A stretch of 24,000 bases of DNA from Synechococcus sp. KORDI-49. Its GTDB lineage: Bacteria > Cyanobacteriota > Cyanobacteriia > PCC-6307 > Cyanobiaceae. Below the pieces are notes generated by a model. That model made no database searches, was not told the DNA's origin, and was given only the letters and a program-made list of their open reading frames with translations. The first letter of the stretch is position 1. Each line of letters opens with the position of its first letter. Positions 7,615-14,843 of the stretch are shown one piece after another. The translations under genes were made by a program, and so were the position numbers. The stretch spans positions 41,163 through 65,162 of the forward strand of contig NZ_CP006270.1 of assembly GCF_000737575.1 (NCBI RefSeq). Direction: 5' to 3'.

Positions 7615-8742
7615 TCAGCTCTTGCGCGGCAGTTCCTTGGGACGCACCTCAACGGTGAGTGGCTGCCCCTTCCGCTCCAGCATCAGCTGCATCGGTTCGC
7701 CGACCTGACCGCGATCCACGGCCAGCTGCACCTCCGAGGGGTTGCTGACCTCGGCACCGTCCACCTTCTGAATCAGGTCGCACTGCTGGATGCCGGCTTC
7801 GGCCGCCGGGGTGCCGGGCACCACTTCCACCACCAGAACGCCGTTGACCTCCGGGACTTCGCAGGTGTTGCCCGTGGCGTTGATCTCGCGGGCCAGCTGC
7901 GGGGTGAGGCTGCGCAGCTGCACGCCGATGAACGGATGGGAGGCCTGTCCGGTGCTGACGATCTGCTGGGCGATGCGCTTGGCCAGGTTGATCGGCACCG
8001 CGAAGCTGAGGCCGGCACCCGGTGCCTGCCGGATCGCCGTGTTCATTCCGATCACCTGGCCGGAGGCATTGATCAGCGGGCCGCCGCTGTTGCCGGGATT
8101 CACGGCTGCATCCGTCTGGATGTAGGGAACCCGCTGGCCGGCTCCGATGGCGTTGGTGCGGCCCACGGCACTGATGATGCCGGCGGTGACGGTGTTGTTG
8201 AGGCCGAAGGGATTGCCGATGGCGATCGCCCATTCCCCCGGTCGCAGCGTGTTGGAGTCCCCGAGGCTGGCCACGGGCAGGTTTTCGGCCACCACCTTCA
8301 CCACCGCCACGTCGGTGAGTGGATCGCCACCGAGCACCTTCCCATTGAAGCTGCGGCCATCCGGAAGTGTCACGGCCACGGTGTCCGCTCCCCGCACCAC
8401 ATGTTCGTTGGTGAAGATCAGACCGTTGGTGCGGGTGATGAACCCGGAGCCCTGCCCCTGCTGGCGCTGGGTCGACGGCCCAAATCCGAACATGCTGCCC
8501 AGCGGGTTGTTCACCTCCTTCACCGTGTCGATCCGGACCACCGCAGGGCCTACGCGATCGACCGCTTTGACGATCACGTTCTCGCCCGGTTGAAGCGGTG
8601 CCGTCCGGGGTTCGTCGTTCACCACCGGCGGCAGTGTCACCGGTGCCTCCTGCTCCAGCCCCAGCTGCTGCCGCAACTGGGCGCAGGAGCTGAGGCTGGT
8701 GGCGATCAGGGCGATCCCGATCCAGGCGATTGATCGCTGCAT
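7615..8742 (-). CDS. HtrA/DegP-family serine protease with one C-terminal PDZ domain (HhoA/HhoB-like), probable lipoprotein
   Basis: Trypsin-like core with FTNEHVV (His), DVAVVKV (Asp) and GNSGGPLIN (Ser). PDZ segment 'GVLVVEVVPGTPAAEAGIQQCDLIQKVDG'. The N-terminus 'MQRSIAWIGIALIATSLSSC' has a signal peptide ending in a lipobox-like LSSC. Confidence 0.9.
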   Translation of the reverse strand: MQRSIAWIGIALIATSLSSCAQLRQQLGLEQEAPVTLPPVVNDEPRTAPLQPGENVIVKAVDRVGPAVVRIDTVKEVNNPLGSMFGFGPSTQRQQGQGSGFITRTNGLIFTNEHVVRGADTVAVTLPDGRSFNGKVLGGDPLTDVAVVKVVAENLPVASLGDSNTLRPGEWAIAIGNPFGLNNTVTAGIISAVGRTNAIGAGQRVPYIQTDAAVNPGNSGGPLINASGQVIGMNTAIRQAPGAGLSFAVPINLAKRIAQQIVSTGQASHPFIGVQLRSLTPQLAREINATGNTCEVPEVNGVLVVEVVPGTPAAEAGIQQCDLIQKVDGAEVSNPSEVQLAVDRGQVGEPMQLMLERKGQPLTVEVRPKELPRKS

Positions 8743-8816
8743 CCCGACTTGGTGTCTCCTGCTTCATTTAAGGCGGGTTTGCCGGGGCATCCTGCGTAGA
8801 TTCGGCGCTGAGGGAG

Positions 8817-10199
8817 ATGGCAGTGGCGGTGCTGACGGGCGAGGAGCTCTGGAACCAGGTGCAGCAGGGGCTGCAGACCAAGCTCAGCAAGCCCACCTTC
8901 GAAACATTCATCCGGCCCACGGGCTGCAGCGGCTTCGCCAACGGAGAACTGAAGCTGCTCGCTCCCAACCCGTTCGCCAGCATCCGGCTGAGGGAGCAGC
9001 TGCTCCCCACCATCGCCGAGCTGGCCAGCTCGGTGTGCGGTCAGGCAGTGCAGGTCACGGTTCTGGCGGACACCGCTCTGGCGCCACCCGACAACGCCCC
9101 GTCCGACCCGGTGGAGGCGCCTGCACCGGCTCCCTCAGGAGGATCCGGGCCTCCACCACGGCGCTATCTGCCGGGACTGAACCCCCGCTATGTGTTCAGT
9201 CGCTTCGTGGTGGGTCCCAACAGCCGCATGGCCCATGCCGCTGCCCTGGCCGTGGCGGAAGCTCCCGGCCGTGAGTTCAATCCACTGTTTCTCTGCGGCG
9301 GCGTCGGTCTGGGCAAGACCCATCTCATGCAGGCCATCGGTCACTACAGGCTTGAGATCGATCCCGATGCCCATGTGGCCTACGTCTCCACCGAGACCTT
9401 CACCAATGACCTCATCGACAGCATCAGCAAGAAGAGCACCAAGGCCTTCCGCGACCGCTACCGCGCTGCAGATCTGCTGCTGGTGGATGACATCCAGTTC
9501 ATCGAAGGCAAGGAGTACACCCAGGAGGAGTTCTTTCACACCTTCAATGCCCTGCATGAGGCGGGAAAGCAGGTGGTGATCGCCAGCGACAGGCCCCCCA
9601 GTCAGATCCCCCGACTGCAGCAGCGGCTGATCTCTCGGTTCCAGATGGGGCTGATCGCCGACATCCAGGCCCCGGATCTGGAGACCCGCATGGCGATTCT
9701 CCAGAAGAAGGCGGAGCAGGAGCGCATGGCGTTGCCCCGCGATCTGATTCACTACATCGCCGGACGCTTCACCTCCAACATCCGCGAGCTGGAGGGGGCT
9801 TTCACAAGGGCTGTGGCCTTCGCCTCGATCACGGGCCTGCCGATGACGGTGGAGTCGGTGGCACCGATGCTCGATCCCACGGGGCAGGGGGTGAAGGTGA
9901 CGCCGCAGCAGGTGATCGAGAAGGTGTCGGAGGTCTTCGATGTCACGGCCGATGAGATGCGCAGCAGCACCCGTCGCCGTGCGGTCAGTCAGGCCAGGCA
10001 GGTGGGCATGTACCTGATGCGCCAGGGAACGGATCTCAGTCTTCCCCGCATCGGCGACACCTTCGGCGGCAAGGATCACACCACCGTGATGTACGCGATC
10101 GAGCAGGTGGAGAAGAAGCTCTCTGCGGATCCTCAGCTGGCCGGCCAGGTGCAGAAGGTGCGGGATCTGCTCCAGATCGATTCACGCCGGCGCCGCTGA
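8817..10199 (+). CDS. dnaA: chromosomal replication initiator protein DnaA (460 aa)
   Basis: Domain I '[24 protein letters not shown]'; AAA+ Walker [11 protein letters not shown]; Walker [10 protein letters not shown]; 'NIRELEGA'; C-terminal DNA-binding helix '[11 protein letters not shown]'. A GAGGGAG purine stretch sits immediately upstream of the ATG. Confidence 0.95.
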   Translation: MAVAVLTGEELWNQVQQGLQTKLSKPTFETFIRPTGCSGFANGELKLLAPNPFASIRLREQLLPTIAELASSVCGQAVQVTVLADTALAPPDNAPSDPVEAPAPAPSGGSGPPPRRYLPGLNPRYVFSRFVVGPNSRMAHAAALAVAEAPGREFNPLFLCGGVGLGKTHLMQAIGHYRLEIDPDAHVAYVSTETFTNDLIDSISKKSTKAFRDRYRAADLLLVDDIQFIEGKEYTQEEFFHTFNALHEAGKQVVIASDRPPSQIPRLQQRLISRFQMGLIADIQAPDLETRMAILQKKAEQERMALPRDLIHYIAGRFTSNIRELEGAFTRAVAFASITGLPMTVESVAPMLDPTGQGVKVTPQQVIEKVSEVFDVTADEMRSSTRRRAVSQARQVGMYLMRQGTDLSLPRIGDTFGGKDHTTVMYAIEQVEKKLSADPQLAGQVQKVRDLLQIDSRRRR

Positions 10200-10217
10200 T
10201 CAGCGGCAGGCCTTTTT
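10192..10217 (+). terminator. perfect 16-bp palindrome GCCGCTGATCAGCGGC followed by a T5 run; candidate dnaA terminator
   Basis: The palindrome (10192-10207) was read directly and contains the dnaA TGA (10197-10199) and the minus-strand TGA of the ParB-like gene (tca at 10200-10202). TTTTT at 10213-10217 follows after a 5-nt spacer. A usable stem would be only about 5-6 bp once a loop is allowed. Confidence 0.3.
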
Positions 10218-10892
10218 GTCTCCGCGCCAACCGGCCATGTCGGAAGCGGCAGGGGAACAGACCAGACGGCGGGCCGGAGCAAGCGCCGGTTCCAGACTCC
10301 GCGAACTGAAGGGAGGCAGAGGGCGGCGGCGCAACCAGGCTCCCCAGCGGAATTCGTGATACGGGATCTGGGGCTGCGGTTTGATGAATCCCTCCTTCTT
10401 CAGCTTCCAGACCAGGCTGCGATAGGGATCATCGTCAAGATCCAGCAGCGAACCCGGCAGTTCCGCTGCCATCCGGGGTCCGTTGCCCCGTCCATCCACC
10501 AGGTACAGCCAACCCTTCGCTTCCAGAAAGGCCAGCACCTCCTGCGGATCGCTCACGGCTGGTTCCGCAATCACGTATCCCCATGCCGAGGCGTGGGGAT
10601 CCAGTCCGAGCAGGCCGCGCAGCCGGTGATGTCGATCCACCATCCAGAGATCACCGGCCGCGCTGCGCACCAGAGGAACCGGCTTCTGCCGGAGAGCGCT
10701 GAGGCGTTCCTCCCGGCTTTCCTGGGCGAAGTCCTGCTGCCGGGCCCAGACCTCTGCCAGACCGACGCACCACTGGGTCGGGCGAAGCCTGGCGACGGGA
10801 ACCTCCAGCAGCTGTGTGCCTTTGCCCGCTTCTGGAATCGGTTCGAAGGCCGGGAGCTGCAGGGGCACGCGTGGGTGCAGGCGCACCGTCAC
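10200..10892 (-). CDS. ParB-like nuclease-domain protein (ParBc_2-type, ParB/Srx superfamily), ~230 aa
   Basis: 'LLEVPVARLRPTQWCVGLAEV...LVRSAAGDLWMVDRHHRLRGL...DDPYRSLVWKLKKEGF' shows the LRPTQ and DRHH motifs I associate with the ParBc_2 family. I placed the start at GTG 10892 (or GTG 10886), just downstream of the GST-like stop at 10919. The track ATG at 11018 would overlap that gene by 100 nt. Confidence 0.65.
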   Translation of the reverse strand: MTVRLHPRVPLQLPAFEPIPEAGKGTQLLEVPVARLRPTQWCVGLAEVWARQQDFAQESREERLSALRQKPVPLVRSAAGDLWMVDRHHRLRGLLGLDPHASAWGYVIAEPAVSDPQEVLAFLEAKGWLYLVDGRGNGPRMAAELPGSLLDLDDDPYRSLVWKLKKEGFIKPQPQIPYHEFRWGAWLRRRPLPPFSSRSLEPALAPARRLVCSPAASDMAGWRGDKKACR

Positions 10893-10918
10893 TATGGCGG
10901 AGCAGGCCTGGGTTAGGG

Positions 10919-12175
10919 CTATCTCAGAAAGGCCTGGGGATCCTGGTCGTATCGATCCCGGATCGGCAGCGGTCGGGGAGCGGCCGGGCCATCCAGTGCT
11001 GCCGTCGCCTCGAGACACTGCCGCAGCAGCCGCGCCGCCGGCAGCGGCATGTCTCTCGGAACGGAGATTCGATCCCGGAGATACCGCAGTCCGGCTGCAC
11101 TTCCGGAGGTCGGTCGGCAGGGGCGTCCGGTGATCAGCTGGGTCAGTGCGGCGCGCAGGGGCTGATCGAACCGCTCGCTCCCGAGGGGGTTCAGCGCCAG
11201 CAGCTGGTCACGGTGTCGCATCACCCGACCAAGGGCAAGAGCTGTTGTCCGCTTCGGATCGTCGTCGGTCCAGCTGGTTTCGTCCTGTCCGAGCCCGTCG
11301 CCGCGATCAATGGCTTCCGCCAGTGACTGCTGGCTCTCGGAAACATCCGGCCAGCAGCCGCCCATCTGCGGCGGAAGATCATGGGCATGGGTGTGCATGT
11401 CGCTCTGGGTGCCCCGGTAGGTCTCCAGCTGTTCAAGAGCCGCAAACCAGCGATCGATCGCCGGATGTTCGCGACGGAGGCGATAGCCCTTGTAGTAGGC
11501 CAGGGAGGCGTTCATCCGCTCCACGTAGGGCACGAACACCAGGTCCACGCCGCCCGGTCCCTGGTCATCCAGCCACGGACCAGGGGTCTGCTCCAGGGCC
11601 TGTTCCATCCGTTGCGCCGTGCGCTGGAACTGGTCGCGGGCCTGCTGCTGCTGTCTCGGCCTCAGGCCCGGGGAGCAGAGCCAGAGACACCAGGCCCGGA
11701 AGAGCAGACGCTCCAGCTGCCGCAGCTCCAGAGCCCGTGGATCCATCAGCGGCAGGCCGAGCGGTCCGAAGGCCTGCTCCAGGCTCAGCAGGATCACGTC
11801 GCTTTCGGTGATCAGCTGTCCGTCCAGCTCAAGGGCGGGAAGCATTCCCGATGGCACCAGCTGCAGAAACCAGGGCTCCTTGCTGCCGTAGCAGCGCATC
11901 GTCACCTTGCGGATGCGGTACGGGATGCGCTGGAACTCAAGCCACAGCCACACTTTCTGGCAGTAAGGGCACCAGGCGTGATGGTCGCGGTAGAGGGTGA
12001 CCCTGACGTCGGATTCGGAGTGCCCGAACAGACGCAGAACGGCCTGGGAGCTGGTGGGACCGTTGATGCGGTCCGGTTCCTGGCCGATGTACTGACTTAA
12101 CTGCTCCCAGCTCTGAGCTTCAGGAGTTGCCGGTGTAGGGGGCATGCAGGATCGGCGCGACGTTCCCTCTGCCAT
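10919..12175 (-). CDS. glutathione S-transferase-like protein with a glutaredoxin-type CPYC motif (418 aa; 408 aa if started at ATG 12145)
   Basis: 'VTLYRDHHAWCPYCQKVWLWLEFQRIPYRIRKVTMRCYGSKEPWFLQLVPSGMLPALELDGQLITESDVIL' is a thioredoxin-fold GST_N pattern (CPYC, cis-Pro region, ES motif). It is followed by a long helical C-terminal region. Confidence 0.8.
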   Translation of the reverse strand: MAEGTSRRSCMPPTPATPEAQSWEQLSQYIGQEPDRINGPTSSQAVLRLFGHSESDVRVTLYRDHHAWCPYCQKVWLWLEFQRIPYRIRKVTMRCYGSKEPWFLQLVPSGMLPALELDGQLITESDVILLSLEQAFGPLGLPLMDPRALELRQLERLLFRAWCLWLCSPGLRPRQQQQARDQFQRTAQRMEQALEQTPGPWLDDQGPGGVDLVFVPYVERMNASLAYYKGYRLRREHPAIDRWFAALEQLETYRGTQSDMHTHAHDLPPQMGGCWPDVSESQQSLAEAIDRGDGLGQDETSWTDDDPKRTTALALGRVMRHRDQLLALNPLGSERFDQPLRAALTQLITGRPCRPTSGSAAGLRYLRDRISVPRDMPLPAARLLRQCLEATAALDGPAAPRPLPIRDRYDQDPQAFLR

Positions 12176-12362
12176 AGGACTGCCAGTCGCCGAGTTCTTT
12201 CATCAGGGCCAGACAGTCCTGCTGGCGGCCCTCACGTGCCAGCTGATCAAGGCGTTGTTTCAGGTCGTCCATGGTCAGCATCATCACGATTTCGCGACGC
12301 TGAGCGCTGGGAGCCTGCTGCAGGTCAGGGGACTGCTGAGAGTGACGCTGGGGTTGTTTCAT
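12120..12362 (-). CDS. hypothetical small protein (80 aa; could start at the internal MM at codons 27-28)
   Basis: ORF with a protein-like C-terminal half ('MDDLKQRLDQLAREGRQQDCLALMKELGDWQSYGRGNV'). It is transcribed divergently from gor, and its 3' end overlaps the GST-like start by 26-56 nt. No family recognised. Confidence 0.4.
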   Translation of the reverse strand: MKQPQRHSQQSPDLQQAPSAQRREIVMMLTMDDLKQRLDQLAREGRQQDCLALMKELGDWQSYGRGNVAPILHAPYTGNS

Positions 12363-12419
12363 CGGTAAGAGGGCTCAAGCAACTGCGGAACGGCGGTTTA
12401 CGGGTCCTTCAGGACATCT

Positions 12420-12488
12420 TTCCCGGACCATAACTCTGCCTTTACCTAAGCGCAGGTGTTCCCGGGCACCCGTCTCCGCTTCCCGGGC
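12420..12488. promoter_or_regulatory. three copies of TTCCCGG(G/A)C in the gor / small-ORF divergent intergenic region
   Basis: Exact 9-mers TTCCCGGGC at 12459-12467 and 12480-12488 (21-bp spacing), plus TTCCCGGAC at 12420-12428. Each contains the palindrome CCCGGG or a near copy. They lie 34-100 bp upstream of the gor ATG at 12522. Confidence 0.25.
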
Positions 12489-12521
12489 GTCAAGAGAATG
12501 GGACCCCCTGAGGTGTTGCGG

Positions 12522-13898
12522 ATGGATGCCGATTTTGATCTGATCGTTCTGGGAGCGGGTTCCGGTGGTCTGGCTGCCGCCAAGCGGGCGGTTCGCCACG
12601 GGGCGCGGGTGGCGATTGCGGAAGGAGATCGGGTCGGGGGGACCTGCGTGATCCGTGGCTGTGTTCCGAAAAAGCTGCTGGTCTACGGCGCGCAGGCCCG
12701 GCATCAGCTGCAGGACGCGCCCTCCTATGGCCTGCACGTGGAGGCTGTGCGCTCGGATGTGAGTGAACTGCTGGAGCGCGTGCGTTCGGAGGTTGATCGC
12801 CTCAACCTCCGCCATCGCCAGATGCTCTCGGAGGCCGGGGTGGAGTTGCTGCAGGGCTGGGGCCGGTTCACGGCTCCTGATCGCATCGGTCTGTCCGCCA
12901 CGCCCGGTGGACCGATCGAGCGAGAGCTCGGAGCAGCCCGGATTCTGATCGCCGTCGGCGGTCAGCCGATCCGGCCCTCGATCCCCGGCGCGGAACACAC
13001 CTGGCTGAGTGACGACATGTTCCTGCAGGAGACCTACCCGGATCAGGTCGTGGTGGTGGGTGCTGGATTCATCGCCTGTGAATTCGCCTGCATCCTCCGG
13101 GGCCTCGGGGTCTCGGTGACCCAGGTGGTGCGGGGCTCCCGTCTGCTGCGGGGCTTTGACCATGAGCTGGCCGATGCGGTTCTGACCGGGATGCAGGACA
13201 GCGGCATCCAGGTGTTGTTCGATCGCACGGTCCATGCCGTCGACCGCGTGTCGCCCGATGACCCGTCAGCCGGGTTGACGGTGGAGCTGTCTGATGGCCG
13301 CCACCTCCCCTGCGGCGGCGTGCTGATGGCCACGGGCCGTCGTCCCCGGCTGGAGGGGCTCGGCCTCGAGATCGCCGGCGTCGCGGTCGACCGTGGACGC
13401 GTTCTGGTGGATGCGGATCAGGCCACGTCCGTGCCCCACATCCATGCCGTCGGCGACGTCACCGATCGGATCAACCTCACACCGGTGGCCATCGATGAAG
13501 GCAGGGCCTATGCCGACAGCGTCTTCGGCGGCAGGCCGCGGCAGGTGAATCACGACCTGGTGGCCACCGCGGTGTTCTCCGACCCGGAACTGGCCAGCGT
13601 CGGATTGTCGGAACAGGCTGCGATCGAGCGCTTCGGCGAGGAAGCGGTCACGGTGCACCGGGCCCGCTTCCGTTCGATGTCCAGAGCGCTTCCCGCCAGC
13701 GGTCATCGCTGTCTGCTGAAGCTTGTGTTGCAGCGGGAGGGAGGCCGTGTGCTCGGCTGCCACATGGTGGGAGAGCACGCCGCGGAGATCATCCAGATGG
13801 CGGCCATCGCCGTTGGAATGGGAGCCACCAAGGCTGATTTCGATCGCACCATGGCGCTGCATCCCTCCGTCTCGGAGGAGTTCGTGACCATGGGGTGA
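12522..13898 (+). CDS. gor: glutathione-disulfide reductase (458 aa)
   Basis: From the internal ATG 12522: 'MDADFDLIVLGAGSGGLAAAKRA' (FAD GxGxxG); redox-active disulfide 'GGTCVIRGCVPKK'; NADPH site 'VVVVGAGFIACEFA' with 'VVRGSRLLRGFD'; C-terminal 'ALHPSVSEEFVTM' (His-Glu pair). ATG 12498 is an alternative start. Confidence 0.9.
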   Translation: MDADFDLIVLGAGSGGLAAAKRAVRHGARVAIAEGDRVGGTCVIRGCVPKKLLVYGAQARHQLQDAPSYGLHVEAVRSDVSELLERVRSEVDRLNLRHRQMLSEAGVELLQGWGRFTAPDRIGLSATPGGPIERELGAARILIAVGGQPIRPSIPGAEHTWLSDDMFLQETYPDQVVVVGAGFIACEFACILRGLGVSVTQVVRGSRLLRGFDHELADAVLTGMQDSGIQVLFDRTVHAVDRVSPDDPSAGLTVELSDGRHLPCGGVLMATGRRPRLEGLGLEIAGVAVDRGRVLVDADQATSVPHIHAVGDVTDRINLTPVAIDEGRAYADSVFGGRPRQVNHDLVATAVFSDPELASVGLSEQAAIERFGEEAVTVHRARFRSMSRALPASGHRCLLKLVLQREGGRVLGCHMVGEHAAEIIQMAAIAVGMGATKADFDRTMALHPSVSEEFVTMG

Positions 13899-13920
13899 TG
13901 ATCCGGATCGGCTCTGTCAA

Positions 13921-13937
13921 GCAGGTCAGTGACCTGC
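13921..13937. promoter_or_regulatory. perfect 17-bp palindrome GCAGGTCA-G-TGACCTGC between gor and the exbB-like gene
   Basis: Read directly from the sequence. It lies 23 nt after the gor stop and 37 nt before the exbB-like TTG start. A TAATTT -10-like hexamer sits at 13956-13961, so the right arm falls at about the -35 position. No U-tract follows. Confidence 0.3.
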
Positions 13938-13973
13938 AGAACCAGTGTTTCGACCTAATTTCTGGGCATTCGC

Positions 13974-14486
13974 TTGATCCGGTTGTTCGGCGCTGAGGCA
14001 CTGAAGCAGGGAGGTGCGCTGATGGCACCGTTGCTGCTGCTCTCCATCGCTGTGCTCTCAGCAGGATTCGAGCGCCTGATCTACTGGCTGAGCTGGAGGC
14101 GGGAGCAGCCCGGTTGCCTCGATGCCCTCCGGACCTCCCTGTCAGGGCTGACCAACGCCGAAGCCAGCAGGGTGCTCGAACAGAAACTGCGCCGACTGGA
14201 TCGCCAATTCAGCCGCTGGGAGCCCAGCCTTGATCTGGCGATGGTGCTGGGTCCCCTGATGGGGTTGCTCAGCACGGTGCTGGGACTGATGAAACTTCTC
14301 CAGGCCCTCGGTCCGGATCTCCTGCTTCCCAGGGGGGAGACCCTGCTGTCGGATTACGGGACCATTCTGGTAGGCACGGCTCTCGGGCTGGTGGTGGCGA
14401 TGGTGGCGCTGCTGGTGCAGCGCATCAATCGCATGCAGCGCCGGTCCGTTGTGGCGCAGTTGCGCGAGGCCTGTCTGGAGGTCTGA
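13974..14486 (+). CDS. MotA/TolQ/ExbB-family proton-channel protein (170 aa from TTG; 154 aa from ATG 14022)
   Basis: Three predicted TM helices. 'KQGGALMAPLLLLSIAVLSAGFERLIYW', 'LGPLMGLLSTVLGLM' and 'GTALGLVVAMVALLVQRI' match the family signature helices (canonical APLLGLLGTVxG and ALxTTAxGLxVAIPA). The TTG start retains the conserved segment preceding TM1. Confidence 0.8.
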   Translation: MIRLFGAEALKQGGALMAPLLLLSIAVLSAGFERLIYWLSWRREQPGCLDALRTSLSGLTNAEASRVLEQKLRRLDRQFSRWEPSLDLAMVLGPLMGLLSTVLGLMKLLQALGPDLLLPRGETLLSDYGTILVGTALGLVVAMVALLVQRINRMQRRSVVAQLREACLEV

Positions 14487-14843
14487 ATGCCGCTTGTCCT
14501 CGCCCTCAGCGCTGTCACCGTGACGTTGACGACAGCCCTGGCACTGCTCCCGAGTGCTCTAAGAGAGACACCGATCGAGAGTCCAAGCGTCCCCCTGGTC
14601 GACAGCCAGGCCGAACGCTGGTTCGTTGTGCGCTCCTCCAGCGGCAGCTGGTATCTGAACGGCGAGCCGATGGCCTCCAATCTTCTGGCTCGGATCCTCA
14701 TGGGGCCGGACCTGCCTCCGGGTGGCGTCAGCTTCCTGCCGTCCAGTGCCAGATCGGCCTCGCTGGTGGCCGACGATCTGGCCTGGCTACAGAGCAACAG
14801 CGCTGGTCCGGTGCGTCTGCAGCTGGAGGAGATCCAGCTGTGA
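14487..14843 (+). CDS. divergent ExbD/TolR-like protein 1 (118 aa)
   Basis: The ATG directly follows the exbB-like TGA. It has a single N-terminal TM (MPLVLALSAVTVTLTTALALL). The ~90-aa periplasmic part, 'WFVVRSSSGSWYLNGEPMASNLLARIL...VSFLPSSARSASLVADDLAWLQSNSAGPVRLQL', follows the ExbD pattern: strand-turn-strand, L-N-G-x-P, then a slowly varying block ending in a V-x-L strand. It has no cytoplasmic tail and no TM Asp. Confidence 0.5.
   Translation: MPLVLALSAVTVTLTTALALLPSALRETPIESPSVPLVDSQAERWFVVRSSSGSWYLNGEPMASNLLARILMGPDLPPGGVSFLPSSARSASLVADDLAWLQSNSAGPVRLQLEEIQL

Noticed and set aside
7486-8767. 415-aa (+) and 372-aa (-) ORFs overlapping the HtrA gene
   Set aside because: One is antisense to, and the other an alternative frame of, the protease gene, whose His/Asp/Ser triad and PDZ domain are unambiguous. 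Both alternatives are Arg/Gly/His-rich with no recognisable domain.
8743-8816. Looked for oriC/DnaA boxes (TTATCCACA or the cyanobacterial TTTTCCACA type) next to dnaA
   Set aside because: I found no box-like 9-mer in the 74-bp hhoA-dnaA spacer or after dnaA. The only near match I noticed is a single ATTTCCACA (complement of tgtggaaat, 22309-22317) upstream of the oxidase operon, 12 kb away. One isolated 8/9 match is expected by chance. Cyanobacterial origins are usually placed near dnaN rather than dnaA.
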